Of a stretch of 64,000 nt of DNA, positions 63,471 to 64,000 are shown in pieces. A program made the translations under genes and the position numbers. Every line of letters starts with the position of its first letter. Within the stretch, counting starts at the first letter, position 1. Location of the stretch: contig JAISWO010000013.1 of the NCBI GenBank assembly GCA_031271045.1, positions 27 through 64,026 on the forward strand, read 5' to 3'. The notes beneath the pieces were generated by a model. It did not search any database. It was given only the letters and a program-made list of their open reading frames with translations, and had not been told where the DNA came from. The DNA comes from Tannerellaceae bacterium. Lineage in GTDB: Bacteria; Bacteroidota; Bacteroidia; Bacteroidales; Tannerellaceae.

Positions 63471-63545
63471 AAAAAGATAATTGACAACCGATAATCGACA
63501 ATTATGGTTGGTGTCAATTATCAATTGTCAATTACCTGTTTGGTT

Positions 63546-63623
63546 TGGAGCTTCTTGTCGGATTCGAACCAACGCCGCCGTGATTACTTACCACGTGCTC
63601 TGGCCTGCCTAAGCCAAAGAAGC
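63546..63623 (-). tRNA. Atypical tRNA-Thr-like gene, anticodon AGT, A33, encoded CCA
   Basis: GCTTCTT TG GCTT-AGGCAGGCCA-GAGC A CGTGG-TAAGTAA-TCACG GCGGC GTTGG-TTCGAAT-CCGAC AAGAAGC T CCA. Confidence 0.8.
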
Positions 63624-63629
63624 AAAAAT

Positions 63630-63727
63630 GGGTAAGCTTACTACATCGCGCCGCTACAACCTGCGTACCCTTGCTGCCGTCAAGCCCTGGGGGGATTCCG
63701 AGGGAGCATGCCGTGTAGGACTTACCC
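63630..63727 (-). ncRNA. ffs: SRP RNA (4.5S)
   Basis: 98-nt rod closed by GGGTAAG/CTTACCC; domain IV CAGGGCT-TGAC-GGCAGCA; TACTTTTG -7 box at 63732-63739. Confidence 0.85.
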
Positions 63728-64000
63728 GGTGCAAAAGTAGCAATTTTTCTTTATCCTCCAAATCTTCCTCCCTGATCATGTACTTAGATATTTATTATCA
63801 AAGGATGTTTGTTCTGTATGCCGTAAATACAAATAATACAATAATTGGATAAATTCTGCTTTTGAAATTTGATTTGTTGTATCTCTATACGCTAAAAATG
63901 CTGGTTTTTTTTAAAATACTATTATCTACATCTTCTAATACCTTATTGATCTCACCTCCAATAAATTTTTCTTTTACTAAATAGCTTATTCCAATGGCAA

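Overview
Chromosomal window of a Bacteroidales bacterium, probably Tannerellaceae/Parabacteroides-like (SusC/SusD pair, TAnnTTTG promoters, rimP-nusA-infB-cvpA-sufBCD order). It is mostly housekeeping and metabolic genes: ABC exporter, susCD, M64 peptidase, LTA-synthase-like sulfatase, ABC-F, sufBCD, infB/nusA/rimP, DUF1080, ExuT-type MFS, CE7 esterase, lactonase, trmD, dpm1-like GT2, mfd, menB, lspA-like, clpB, a Tat/GMC/7-heme cytochrome dehydrogenase, namZ, tamA/tamB, guaB, GH36, rnr, pepT and gcvT, plus tRNA-Leu and SRP RNA. No CRISPR-cas, integrase or transposase gene was recognised. Main unexplained signals: (1) four 41-42 bp intergenic arrays with largely different sequences but a shared design of two alternating palindromes about 21 bp apart, two of them lying upstream of the two DUF6261-like genes; (2) a ~370 bp segment upstream of susC bounded by 28-bp inverted repeats, a candidate invertible promoter; (3) a tRNA-Thr-like gene with anticodon AGT and A at position 33, next to an SRP RNA with a UGAC tetraloop; (4) three tandem secreted paralogs with C1q-like C-termini. 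All family assignments come from visual motif recognition, not database searches.
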